Shown here: in pieces, positions 10,493 through 21,603 of the stretch | Position numbering within the stretch: the stretch's first letter is position 1 | How the letters are laid out: each line of letters starts with the position of its first letter | NCBI GenBank assembly: GCA_004022145.1 | Contig: RCNU01000002.1 | Origin: Paecilomyces variotii | Lineage: Eukaryota | DNA length: 64,000 nucleotides | Reading direction: 5' to 3' (one strand) | The notes under the pieces: generated by a model | Database searches by the model: none | The model's input: only the letters and a program-made list of their open reading frames with translations | What the model was told of the DNA's origin: nothing | Translations under genes and position numbers: made by a program

Positions 10493-13153
10493 ATGAGCTC
10501 CATCTTCACTCCCAATATCGGCGCCATCCCCACTATCCGCACCCGCAAAGCTCTCCTGCTTCTCGATCTTCAGAACGACTTCATCCGCCCCACTGGTGCC
10601 CTTCCTGTGAGCAATGCAGCCGATATCCTCGACCAGATCCCCAGTCTGGTCCAGAGTTTCCGCCACACCGGAGATGTAGTCTGGGTTCGGTCCCAGTATG
10701 CAGATAGCCGGCCACTGCTCGATCCCAGCACAGGTGCAGAGCGTGTCATCCTCACGGGGCCTGGCAAGGAGCCCAAGAGGAAAAAGAAGCTACAGGGACA
10801 GGAGGACCAGGATTCTGAGAAAGATCCATCGCATGTCGACGATGAAGCCTTTTTGACTACCAGTCGCTGCTGTCTGCCCCAGACCTCTGGGGCTCAGTTC
10901 CCGGCCCCTGTACTCTCCGCCATCGATCCCCAGGACACAGTCATCGTCAAAACGGACTATTCCGCCTTCCAGGCCCCGACCCTGGTCGAGTCCTTCCGTT
11001 CGCGCTTTGTCACGGAGATCTATTTGGTCGGATCCCTGTCGAACGTTGGCGTCTACGCCACGGCTCTCGATGCTGCCCGCCATGGCTTTACCGTCACCTT
11101 GATCGAGGACTGTCTGGGCTATCGCAGCTTTACCCGTCATGAGGAGGCTATGCGACGCATGGCCGATTTACTGGGTGCGGACGGGGTGACGGTGGCGGAG
11201 CTGTTGGAGGAGCATGACTGGCAAGAGACGGACAAAATTGCACGGGCCGGAGGCAGTCGTTCCCAGCGTCCTACTACCCCGGCGGGGATTGAGACTGTCA
11301 TGGATGACTTGCTTGTTAAGGCGTCTCCTCGCGCTGCTCCACCAGAAAATGCTCGCCCCAAATCAGACAACAAGGAGGAAAAGGAGAGAGCGGAAGAGCG
11401 TCAGCATATCATTGAGGCTGCCATGAAGGGAACCGCAATGGATGGGCTAGGCGACATCGAGATTGGATCTGACTACGGTGATGAAGACGATCCATTAAAC
11501 CTCGAAGCGTACCGTCAACATGTGGCCTCGCATGCCGCCGCTCGACTCTCTCGTACCATGCGTGATGCTACGGCCCCAGCGCCGGAGCCTGGCGTCAAGC
11601 GGACACGAGCTAAGATGCGGCGTATCAAGAACCGGGATACACCTCAGTCTCCCTCCGCTACGAGCGCCAAGCCCGCTCCAACCTCTGATTCACGGCCCTC
11701 CTCCGCGCGAACATCTCGTCCAAAGGCTCCGGAAGGGCTCCACCAGCCTGGAGACCAGATTGGGGAGGGTGACTCGCGTCTCCTGTATAATCTGGAACTG
11801 TCTCCGGATGCTTTTGCGGAGGTTCGGAAGGAGGTCAACTGGCAGAAAATGTATCATCTCTCAGGCCAGGTTCCTCGATTGGTCGCAGTGCAAGGCCAGG
11901 TCGGGTCAGATGGGTCTATGCCCATTTACCGCCATCCTGCGGATGAATCCCCACCGTTGCAGGCGTTCAGCCCTGCAGTTGATCGTATACGAGCTGTGGT
12001 TGAGCCTATCCTAGGCCATCCCCTGAACCATGTGCTCATCCAACTGTACCGGGATGGGCAGGACCGTATCTCAGAGCACTCAGATAAAACCCTCGACATC
12101 GTGCGCGGTTCTTTCATCTGCAATATCAGCCTGGGCGCCCAGAGGGTTATGATCCTACGCACTAAGGCCTCTGGCATCTTATCGACGGCGTCCCAGACGT
12201 CCGGGGATGATGCAGATATTGCGTCTCGAAAGAGCCAGCGCGTCCCATTACCGCACGGATCGCTTTTCATTCTCGGGCCAGAAACAAATCAGCGCTGGCT
12301 GCATGGAATCCGGCCGGACAAGCGTCCGGAATCGGAGAAAACCGCAGAAGAGCGCGCCTTTGGGGGTGAGCGGATCTCTTTAACCTTCCGACATATTGGT
12401 ACCTTCATAGACCCTGCTGCAGGGACCATATGGGGCCAGGGTGCCGTGTCGAAATCGCGAGATGGAGCGGGACGAATCATCCATGGTGATCCCGCGGAGA
12501 CGGAGCGGTTGGTCCACGCGTTCGGCAACGAGAATCATGCAACGGAGTTCGACTGGGATGCTGTTTATGGCAGCGGTTTTGACGCCATTAACTTCGTTAC
12601 GGTTAGCCCTGGAAAATTGGTGACCAGCGGGGATTTTGTTGGTGACCTACGGGTTCGACTCGCCCTGATGGAGAACGGCTTGCGATATGAGACTGTGGAT
12701 CCTTCTAATTTTGAAGGGCTATCGAACGCACCACGACCGATATACTTGGATTCGGATGGGCCAACGACGGCTGGCGATACCCAGATTCTCGCCTATCTAG
12801 CGCAAAGGCCGTCCTCGAGACCGGGCGTGGACGGATTGCGCGGAGGGAACCAGCTACAGCACATTGAACAGCTGTGGGCGAATTGGAAAAAGTATCGGAT
12901 GGGAGGGATCAAAGGGGAGTTCACTGCTTTGAACCCGTGGGAAGAGGCCTTGAAAGGACGGCACTACCTCGGCGGCCAGACTATCGCGATTGACGACTGC
13001 TCACTCTGGCCGGTGCTACGGCAGATGGTGCAGGACAAGGGGCCCTTATCAGCTACGGCGTTTCCCAACCTTAGCAACTACTACAACCGGATGGAGAAGC
13101 GTGGCTGTGTGCGAATCGTCCTCGACGAGATGATGGGTGGAACTCATCCATGA
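10493..13153 (+). CDS. Multidomain protein: isochorismatase-like hydrolase + AlkB-type 2OG-Fe(II) oxygenase + GST-like C-terminus (886 aa, single ORF)
   Basis: ALLLLDLQNDF / IVKTDYSAF / ATALDAARHGF (isochorismatase fold); SEHSDKTLD...WLHGIRPD...RISLTFR (HxD..H..RxxxxxR); WEEALKGRHYLGGQTIAIDDCSLWPVL...FPNLSNYYNRM (GST C-terminal helix). Confidence 0.85.
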   Translation: MSSIFTPNIGAIPTIRTRKALLLLDLQNDFIRPTGALPVSNAADILDQIPSLVQSFRHTGDVVWVRSQYADSRPLLDPSTGAERVILTGPGKEPKRKKKLQGQEDQDSEKDPSHVDDEAFLTTSRCCLPQTSGAQFPAPVLSAIDPQDTVIVKTDYSAFQAPTLVESFRSRFVTEIYLVGSLSNVGVYATALDAARHGFTVTLIEDCLGYRSFTRHEEAMRRMADLLGADGVTVAELLEEHDWQETDKIARAGGSRSQRPTTPAGIETVMDDLLVKASPRAAPPENARPKSDNKEEKERAEERQHIIEAAMKGTAMDGLGDIEIGSDYGDEDDPLNLEAYRQHVASHAAARLSRTMRDATAPAPEPGVKRTRAKMRRIKNRDTPQSPSATSAKPAPTSDSRPSSARTSRPKAPEGLHQPGDQIGEGDSRLLYNLELSPDAFAEVRKEVNWQKMYHLSGQVPRLVAVQGQVGSDGSMPIYRHPADESPPLQAFSPAVDRIRAVVEPILGHPLNHVLIQLYRDGQDRISEHSDKTLDIVRGSFICNISLGAQRVMILRTKASGILSTASQTSGDDADIASRKSQRVPLPHGSLFILGPETNQRWLHGIRPDKRPESEKTAEERAFGGERISLTFRHIGTFIDPAAGTIWGQGAVSKSRDGAGRIIHGDPAETERLVHAFGNENHATEFDWDAVYGSGFDAINFVTVSPGKLVTSGDFVGDLRVRLALMENGLRYETVDPSNFEGLSNAPRPIYLDSDGPTTAGDTQILAYLAQRPSSRPGVDGLRGGNQLQHIEQLWANWKKYRMGGIKGEFTALNPWEEALKGRHYLGGQTIAIDDCSLWPVLRQMVQDKGPLSATAFPNLSNYYNRMEKRGCVRIVLDEMMGGTHP

Positions 13154-13801
13154 GGTATATGGCCTGCTGCTCCGACAGTCCCTTTTTAGCTTTGTCGATT
13201 TAGCAAAGACTCGACTGATTCAGCTTCGACGAGGTGATGCCGATTTTTATGACGTCTACGAATTTCACGAGCCTGTAAGGAAAGTTCTGGCTATAATAGC
13301 GAAGGGAAAAGTTGATACAGGATGCGATCCGACCACATCTTTTGCAAAATGCTCATCTCAATTCTTATCTATATATTCTGTTTATATTTCTTTTCTTCCC
13401 ATTTCTTTACTTCTAATTTTTCATTTTTTTATTTACATATATTCAATTTGCAACTTTCTGGTTGAATGATTGTGTCACTCGGACGAAGGGAGTACGTCTT
13501 TTCCAGATCGCCATAGACAATGAAATATTTTTGATGCAGTCGGGCTACTTTCGTTTCCGCATGTACCTGCTTGATTTCGACTATACCCTAGTGGCATGAC
13601 TTTGCTTGCGGTGAATGTGGATATTTCACTCTTTTTGCAGTGAACACTCAGAATTATCAAGATATCAGAATTCGATCAATTCGTCTGGTATCTGTACTGG
13701 CACCTGATGGGTATTGCATTCTCGTCTATATACAGTCATCTCCTTCCAAAATGCATTCCACGCAGTTCTTGGGCTATTTTACATGCATGTATATATAATG
13801 G

Positions 13802-14853
13802 CTACAATTTTTCAAATGTCGGCTTCTTTTTCTGCATTTGAGAAAAGATAGCTGACTGGATATCATTCGTCTGTAGAGCAGCACTGTTCCAGACACCAGT
13901 GTATCGTAGACCTAGATAGATATCACGCATACGGTATTAGCAAAAACGTTGCAGCATCCAACAGATTCGCAGCTGCGTATGGAACTTACCATCCTGCACA
14001 GAATGATCCCTCGACCAATTCAACAACTCCTTCGTCCCCTGCACCGCAACGGGACTCTTACTTGCGATCAAGGCCGCCAGATCCAGCGCCGCCTTCACCG
14101 TCTTCTCCTTGTTTTCATACACCCCACTCACCAAACCCACCCTGAGCGCTTCCTCCGCACCGAAAATCCTCGCCGTCAACGCAACATCTTTCACCCAGCC
14201 ATAGTTCCCGACGACTTTCGGGAGACGACTCAACGTGCCTATATCAGCCGCAAGACCAATATCCACCTCCTTCACCGCGAACCGCGTATCGGCTGCAGAA
14301 AGCCGGACATCTGCCGCCGTAGCGATGTCGACCGCTAACCCCAGTGCATAGCCGTGTATAGCGGCAATAACGGGCTTTTCACACCGCTCGATCGCGCTGA
14401 TGCAGTCTTGGAATTCGACGATATGGCGACGGAGAGTAGTCGCATGGCGGGCGGTGTCTGAGTCGGAGGGAGAGAAGAGAATGCCTTGGCTGGCGGCTTT
14501 GACGTCGAGGCCGGTCGTGAAGGCCTTTTCGCCGGCGCCGCTGAGCACGATGGCGCGGACGGAAGACGAGGTGGAGAGGAGGTCGAAGACGGTGCGCATT
14601 TCGAGCCACATTCTGTAGTAGTACAGAACATTTAGTACGGTGGTCAAAATTACACATATATAGCGTAGTATTCAAATGACGAATTGAGAACATGGACATG
14701 GACATAGTCATTAAAAATGAAATCAAACAAAGAATCACAAACTCACTCCTCATGAAACGCATTCATCTTATCCGGACGATTGATCTCGACGTGCGCGACA
14801 TATTCCTGAGGATAAGTGATGACGAAGTATTTGAATTTCTGATCTGTTGCCAT
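13802..14853 (-). CDS. Crotonase-family delta(3,5)-delta(2,4)-dienoyl-CoA isomerase (ECH1-like), 3 exons
   Basis: VAHVEINRPDKMNAF, AFTTGLDV, KPVIAAIHGYALG, FAVKEVDIGLAADIGTLSRLPK, SKSPVAVQGTK; last exon ends KKPTFEKL*. Confidence 0.9.
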
Positions 14854-15582
14854 AATGTATAAATATATTTCCTCTAGTATCGAAATCTTTCTCGATTCTT
14901 TCTGATTTTGTAATTTTTTTCGTGTCCAATTGATGGTATAAGGAAGCTAGGTCGTTGGTTGCTTAACGAGGATATATGTATACGAATATGTATATATATA
15001 TAGAAAGGTATGGAATCCGATATTTCCAAACCTAGACTCACTAATATGGAGGGATTTAATGAGTATGACTTTTGGAAAACATGCGAAGTTAATAAGTTAT
15101 GGGTTCAATCTACTGAAGAGCTGATGAGATGATGCGCAGAGTGTACCTCGGCTCGGGGGTCATGTGCCAAGAGCTGATTAGATAGGTGTGATCCCGAGGT
15201 GCGATGTTTGCCGAATTTTAAGTACTCTACATCTACAAAGGGAATTAATTAATTGATTGGGAAAATAATATGAACTTGAATAATGTATTAAATTCAAATT
15301 ATGCGATTAATTAACATAGTCGTAACGTCGTCACTTGCAAAAGGAGAGATCTTCATGCAACACCATGCCACTTCCACTGCCATCGTCAACCTTTGAAAGA
15401 AGGAGAAATATTAGGTCGTATTCGTCATGCTCGAAGAACGTTGCTTGATGAAGTTGATTCGATCGACAGTCATGCCCGAGAGTTGCAGAGGGGATAAGAA
15501 AGGATGTCGGTTTCAGAAACTAGAGGAAGATTGGATCATGGAAGGATGACCGTCGAGAAGGAGTAGTGATAGCGGAATGCGT

Positions 15583-16122
15583 TTACTCCGAGATGGTGAT
15601 CTTCTTGGCCGAAGGAGCAGAAGCCTTGGGAACGACAACGGAAAGGATACCGTTCTTCAGGCTGGCCTTGACGTTGTCCTGGTCGACACGAGTCGGGAAG
15701 GAGAAGGTACGGTGGAATTCTCCAATGGAGCGCTCGCTGACCCAGTACTTGGCCTTGGGCTGGTCGGCCTTGGAGACCTGCTTGTCACCGGTCTTGGTGA
15801 CTTCCTGGCCCTGGCCCTGGCCCTGCTGCTGGCCCTGAGCCTGGCCCTCCTCACCAGGCTCAGGAGAGTGGTACTCGCGCTCGGTGCGGCCCTTGATCAC
15901 CAGGGTCTGCGGGTCGCTGAACTCAATGTCGATGTCCTTCTGGCTGATACCAGGGAGCTCGCCGTCGAGGTGGTAGGCGTCCTTGGTCTCACGGACGTCG
16001 AACTTGGGCGCGAAGCCGCGCAGCTGAGGGTTGGCGCGAGTCGCGCGGTGGACATCGTAGTCGTCGAGAAGACGGAAGAGAGGAGCGAAGTCACCAGCTG
16101 GGAATCGTGGGAAGAGCGACAT
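15583..16122 (-). CDS. hsp30: Small heat shock protein (Hsp20/Hsp30, alpha-crystallin domain), intronless
   Basis: MSLFPRF..FAPLFRLLDDYD, FAPKFDVRET, ELPGI, WVSERSIGEFHRTFSFP, ASLKNGILSVVVPK, C-terminal IxI (ITI). Confidence 0.95.
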   Translation of the reverse strand: MSLFPRFPAGDFAPLFRLLDDYDVHRATRANPQLRGFAPKFDVRETKDAYHLDGELPGISQKDIDIEFSDPQTLVIKGRTEREYHSPEPGEEGQAQGQQQGQGQGQEVTKTGDKQVSKADQPKAKYWVSERSIGEFHRTFSFPTRVDQDNVKASLKNGILSVVVPKASAPSAKKITISE

Positions 16123-16264
16123 TTTGATGGTTGGTTTGTTTGGATGATTGAAACTTTGTTAAAAGCTTCAAAGGCGGTTTTGTTGTTTTTCGTTATCGAA
16201 TCGATCTGATAATCACTGAATCTCTGGTTGAGAGAGAACCAGAAGCCAGAGCAGTCTCGAGGCC

Positions 16265-16440
16265 ATTAATATACCCTGAAGACATGGTTCGAGAATCTGC
16301 GATAGCTTCACTGCGAAGTATGGGTGACGTTAACTCGAACATCCTGGGGAATTCGCGCAATGACGAGCAGGGGCGAGACATGAGGTGATACTCGCATCAG
16401 GACTTCACGATGTCTCGATCGGAGCTTTCGAGCGCGTTCC
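16265..16440 (-). promoter_or_regulatory. hsp30 promoter: TATA-like element plus heat-shock/stress elements
   Basis: TATATTAAT on minus strand (16265-16273), TTCgaGAA (16288-16295), TGACGT (16325-16330), STRE AGGGG (16369-16373), TTC-N7-TTC (16427-16439). Short motifs, supported mainly by position next to an sHSP. Confidence 0.45.
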
Positions 16441-17522
16441 AGCAGCTGCCACGTGATTCGCCGCCACCCTCCGCTCCGCTGGACATTCGCGGAGAATACA
16501 GCCATGACGGAAGATTATTGAGAACCCTGGAGCTGGTGATAGTTACACTACATAGTGGCGGAGGCTGTGGACAGTTCGAGACAGCTACACTGCACAACAC
16601 AGACCGAATGGCGCCACGTCCTACCATCGTCATCTCGCAGTAACGTTTCTATTAGATCAGGGTCTTTTTTTGATGGAACGAAGTTAGCAATTCGAACACT
16701 TTCTAATACGGAATTCTAGGCCTCGGGGCGGGACCGACAGATGCATATCATGCCATTGCTAGCGGATATGACCAAGGAAATAATCTGTCTTCTTGAAATT
16801 ACAGCTGCTATGTGCTGTACTTAACTGAGTTGGATACTCAATGTTGCCAAAAACGCTAATGGCCGGCAGAATCCTCTGATTGGTTACATTTTGACATTCT
16901 GAGCTCGGATTCGGAGCGCTATAATGTATTTAGAATAGTTCTGAACGCGTGCTTCTAATTGGTCAAATCAAATATCAGATACTGCTGATTGTATTGCATC
17001 AGATAACTAACGAGTATACGTACTTGCTCGCCCTTTTCTTTTCAACCATCATACTCCCTTTACTTCCTCTGCTACCAATATATCATCTATTACTAGGAAA
17101 TTTAATCGCTGTATTCATTGTATCCTTCCATTCCTCCCTGTTCGTACGATAAGTGCCTCACCCGCACCTCCTCTTTCGGATTCACAGTTGAATATTCATT
17201 CCCTTCCAACCCCCACTTTCATATCTGCCCCTCCTGAGCATAAAAAGACGTCTCTGTCCCTTCCTCTTTGTCTTCCTTTCTCCCCTTCTCCTCGCGCCCT
17301 ATGGGCCGGCTCTACCTCCTTCAGGGCCTGGCCCACTGTGCTGGTTTTTGTTTACAAGTATCGAATATGAAGCAAAAGCAACGTACGAAAAATATCACCT
17401 GTGTATGAACGTGGAAATATCGTCTCAGATGCAGAGGATGGATTTCTCTCGCACCTTTCTCTTGACACGTCTATCTTTTATTATAATCTGCAATGCCGTC
17501 TGGCTTGCCTCCCTAGTGATAC

Positions 17523-17772
17523 GATTATTTTATTATTATCAAAGCGTTTCCATCAAAAGTCCTTGATGAACTTGACGAACAGCTGCCCGGACGTCTAGAT
17601 TATTTCCTCACTACTTCAAACCTTCATCCTAAAAATGCCTAGCCAACCTCACGAAGAAGCTGCTGGCTAATTCGAGGCTATGCTTATAGTTCTTATAATT
17701 CTTGCCGCTCAAATGAATGTTAAACGTCCAATCTATTATCTAGGAGCCACCCGTATCGATGGTAATGATTAA
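17523..17772 (+). pseudogene. Decayed gene fragment of a fungal family with a LKMPSxPHExAA motif (possibly restriction-endonuclease-like fold)
   Basis: Reads DYFIIIKAFPSKVLDELDEQLPGRLDYF [frameshift] LLQTFILKMPSQPHEEAAG*FEAMLIVLIILAAQMNVKRPIYYLGATRIDGND*; internal TAA could derive from CAA. Family call is from memory only. Confidence 0.4.
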
Positions 17773-18734
17773 TTGGCCTGGCTATGCGCATGTGCATGAT
17801 ACGTCGTACCTTGTCTTCGTGCATTCCTTTTGGGATCGCCCATAAGATTGGGAATGATATTCCTCCACAATATAGCCGTGTCATACATACCCGATTTCAT
17901 CCTACCATGCAGCCGATCTACGTGCAGCTCACAGTCCAATACCGTAAGAATCTGATCTTCCCAATGGACGAGTAACTGCTTTTCCATGGTGGTATCGATT
18001 AGAACCGGGAGAGTATACTCTACCCTACAGCTCGTCCTTGAAGGTCGAATTCTCGTTCAACTTCTTGTTTGCTCAGCTAGTTACCTCTTTAAAGAGAGAG
18101 ATTCATTGCGGCGGTGCGATACCCTGCGGGACGAGGCCCACAGTGAACAGCCAAGTTGTTTCGATTACTTCCACCCTAAACGCCAGTATGTGTACACCTT
18201 GTATAGCCCAAGCATATGCTCACTGATACAGCGGCTCCAAACCGTGGCACCATCATGTCATCAGTGAACGGACTAGTGTAAGTCCTCATTATGCACGCCA
18301 TATACACACAATATTAGGACCCACGGCAACCAAGGCGAGCAGGACGGACTGGGGGTTTATCATCGATTTCTACCGCAATCCAACAGATCGCAACTTGCGC
18401 ATGCTGTTTTTCCCTACCACTGCAGACTACGAGTCAGGACACCTAAGACCTCCTATCGACGGCCAGTGGTTTGATAAGTATTCTTTGCCCCGGCTGAGAA
18501 ACGTTGATATCGGGATCAAGGTGGACACCCGCCGGCCAATGTTCTTGTCGTCCCTAAATGACCAAGAGTATGTGGCCGTATGGAAAAACATGAGCGCTAA
18601 CAAGGAGATGACCTGTCCCACATGGTAAGATCCAACTTAAGTTAGGTCTAATGCTGTTTTAGCTAAACTAGTACATAACAGGGACGGCTGGATGAAGCTG
18701 AACAAATGGCATATGCTCACCTAGTTAGCTGCGA

Positions 18735-18965
18735 TATCCAAGTGAACGGAAACCAGTGCTGCGGTATGAAGGTGTCAATACTTCGAATGAGGCTACAGTT
18801 CGTTGGAAGATCGATATAATCCTGCAAGCTTGCGTTAGGACTGAGCAGAAACATATTGCTATGAAAGAGCTGGAGAGAAAGAAAAGGCCTGTAACCCTCA
18901 CGGCTGAGACCCAGCTTGAGTGCAAAATTATCTATAGGGGCGAAACTTTCCTTCTTGTTGGTTAT
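18735..18965 (+). pseudogene. Truncated coding remnant with NEAxxRxxIDxIL motif
   Basis: Protein-like stretch SNEATVRWKIDIILQACVRTEQKH...VTLTAETQLECKIIYRGETFLLVG with no credible start, running into low-complexity sequence. Confidence 0.3.
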
Positions 18966-20627
18966 TTGTGCCTTCCCCAGACTGCTCTTTCTATAACCAG
19001 TGCCCCCCAGAGGTCCATAATATCCGCCTCTGAAGCCCTCCGTCCTCATGCCACCAACACAATACAACAACACATTTGAAAACTTTCAAGATGGGCTACG
19101 AGTGGGCCGAACACACGTTAGTGATCATGGGGGTAGTTGGTGGGGCGCTGTTCTTCCTGAGCGTCGCGCTAAGGGGGGGGGGCATGGCGGCGAGGAGGCG
19201 TGGGAGGCGGGGAGAAGGGGGGGGGAGAGGGGGAGGCCCAGAGGAACGACACCCATACCGGGGTGCGACTGTGGCAGGCCGCGAAGGCCTTTATAATAAC
19301 GGCCGCCCTGCTTGGAGAGGCCCGGGAGGTGGGAGAAGGGGGCGGGAGGGCGGAGAATGAGGGAGTGGAACTATACAATATGGTGATTACGGGATAGGCA
19401 CGAACCTTATGATTTGTGAAGCTAAAGACAGGGATCCCTAAGGCAGCGGCATGGCACAATGCTTAGCCTATATGGGTAAGTTAACTAGTCCCAGTCTATT
19501 AAGCGTTAATTAATTCTATTATATAGCAATGGTTCACCAAATTCGCAAGCAAGAAAACCGAATTAAAAGTATTGTCTAGGGCTGCGTTATGAATGTTAAT
19601 ACGTTTAGTTTCCTATATATCGAGCATAACGACAAGGTAAGCGCTTCTACGGTTCTTCTGTGATATAATAACCCTCATCTTTTTTTTTCTCTTCATAGTA
19701 CTCTGTCTGGCATACATAGCCTGTCGGCTATTACAGTGTTTAGTCTTTTTCGGCGAGTAGTATCCGGGTCTAGAGGCCCCTTACAGCTATTGAGGCTAGG
19801 TATATTATACTCTTATTATTGCCTTTCACATATATTCATTGAGTATTGCACCACGATCATTGACGGACGTTACTTCTTCCTTGTCCTACCATCGTACATG
19901 GCACGGTACTCCAATGGCAAGTCTCCGCAGGGCTATACCGATCGTGGGACATCTTAGATTAGGAAGACTCGACGATGGGACGATATTACAGTTACAGACG
20001 TTACGAGACCTGTATTTCCGAAGCGAATATGACACATCGATACCTCAAATCCGGACATCCGAATCATACGGTCAGCCCATCACAGAGAGCCACAAGAGGC
20101 GGCTAAGTGAGTCTGATTCGTCCCAGCAAAATGCAGCCAAAAGACCGCGATGGGCTAACGGAACGGACCTCTCCAGTGAGCTTAGCAGCAGCACAAGATA
20201 TCAGAGTTTACCTGACCTGGCTGGCCCTGTTTGGAAAAGGAGAACATCGAGTGCAGATAATATACAGAAGAGGGTGCGTCCCGAAAGACGAAGCCAAAAA
20301 TAGCTACCACTCCCAAGCATCCTATCGAGCTCATGAAAACCCCTCCGAATGGGCCCTGGGGCCCGATGTCCCTACTGAGGAAACAGTGAAGCGATTTGCA
20401 CCTCTTTGCCTTGGCGGCTTCTAAGATGTGAACCCGATACAAAAAGAAAGCAACGTTGCCAGTGGTTCAGTGATTTCCCTTCCCCCTTCTGGCCTTCTGG
20501 ACTGGGCACTCGCAGAATAGGTAGTTAAGAAGTCCAGCTCAATTAATCAATCATGAATTAAGATTAAGTTATGTAGCCATCCCGCTCCGTAAGAGAAGAC
20601 ATGTAACATCAGGCGAGAGAAAGAGCC

Positions 20628-21044
20628 TCATTCTGATTCCGACTCTTCTGGCTGCATGACCTTCTCATCCAATTCCTAAAATACTTTCATCAGCATGATG
20701 AACTCCCATAAGGATAACAACGAAACACAAAGAGCGCTCACCCTTCCCAACCTAGCCTTCAAATTGAGCAACTGACTTTCCTTGATGACTAGGTGGCGAT
20801 CATCGTCAAGGTCCTCGACGATATAGTCATGTCTCTCCTCGTCGTACTTGAGAATGATGGCTTTGACGGATGGGTCGCATTCGATCAGGACTCCTGGGTT
20901 GTGATCAGATTAGTGTGTTTTTTCGTTCTTTATCATTTCACTAATCATTAAATGCGGCCAAGAGAGTCTTCTGACAAGGATATGGGATAGGAAGAAGGGC
21001 TATTCTTTGGGGCCTGCATACTAACCCTTGACGGCACGAGGCAT
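20628..21044 (-). CDS. tfb5: TFIIH subunit Tfb5/TTDA, 3 exons
   Basis: Not in the ORF track. Manual splicing: MPRAVKG/VLIECDPSVKAIILKYDEERHDYIVEDLDDDRHLVIKESQLLNLKARLGR/ELDEKVMQPEESESE*; signature GVL.ECDP. Confidence 0.93.
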
Positions 21045-21603
21045 GGTGAGCGAGTGTGGGATAGGTAGGTACTTAAACTCGCAGAGTGATCGTAAGTATT
21101 CGACAGTGAGTCAGAGCTTTAGTCCCAGTTAATAATAATACGCGGACTCAGATGACTGTATACTCTACTCTAGTATACAAAGTATTAGTACCTTATCCAC
21201 CAGGAGAAGCGAAGGACGAGAAGAGACTAAAGTGGCGGAACCGGGGCTAGAATCGCGGAAAGTTTAAAAAAAAAGCCCAGCCGGTATCGGGATCAGAAAT
21301 TCACCGATTGGGCGCGATGCCAAGACTGCGATTATCTACTATACAATTTGAATCTATATTTTCAGTGAAATTGATCTAATTTAATGTTCTCCGTGTTCTA
21401 TTGAACATGATGGAGAGTAGTGTTGTCTTTTTTTGAGGACTCGAATTGATTAGGGAGTATATCTAGCAAATGGCGTCCGAGGCCTAAAGTATAGTATGTA
21501 CTCTACTCTATCCATCAGGCCCAGCTTTTCCATCCCTGCACCTAATCTATGTATTAAATTAGTAATAGCTAGGAAAGAGGATATCATTATTTATTATCAT
21601 AAC

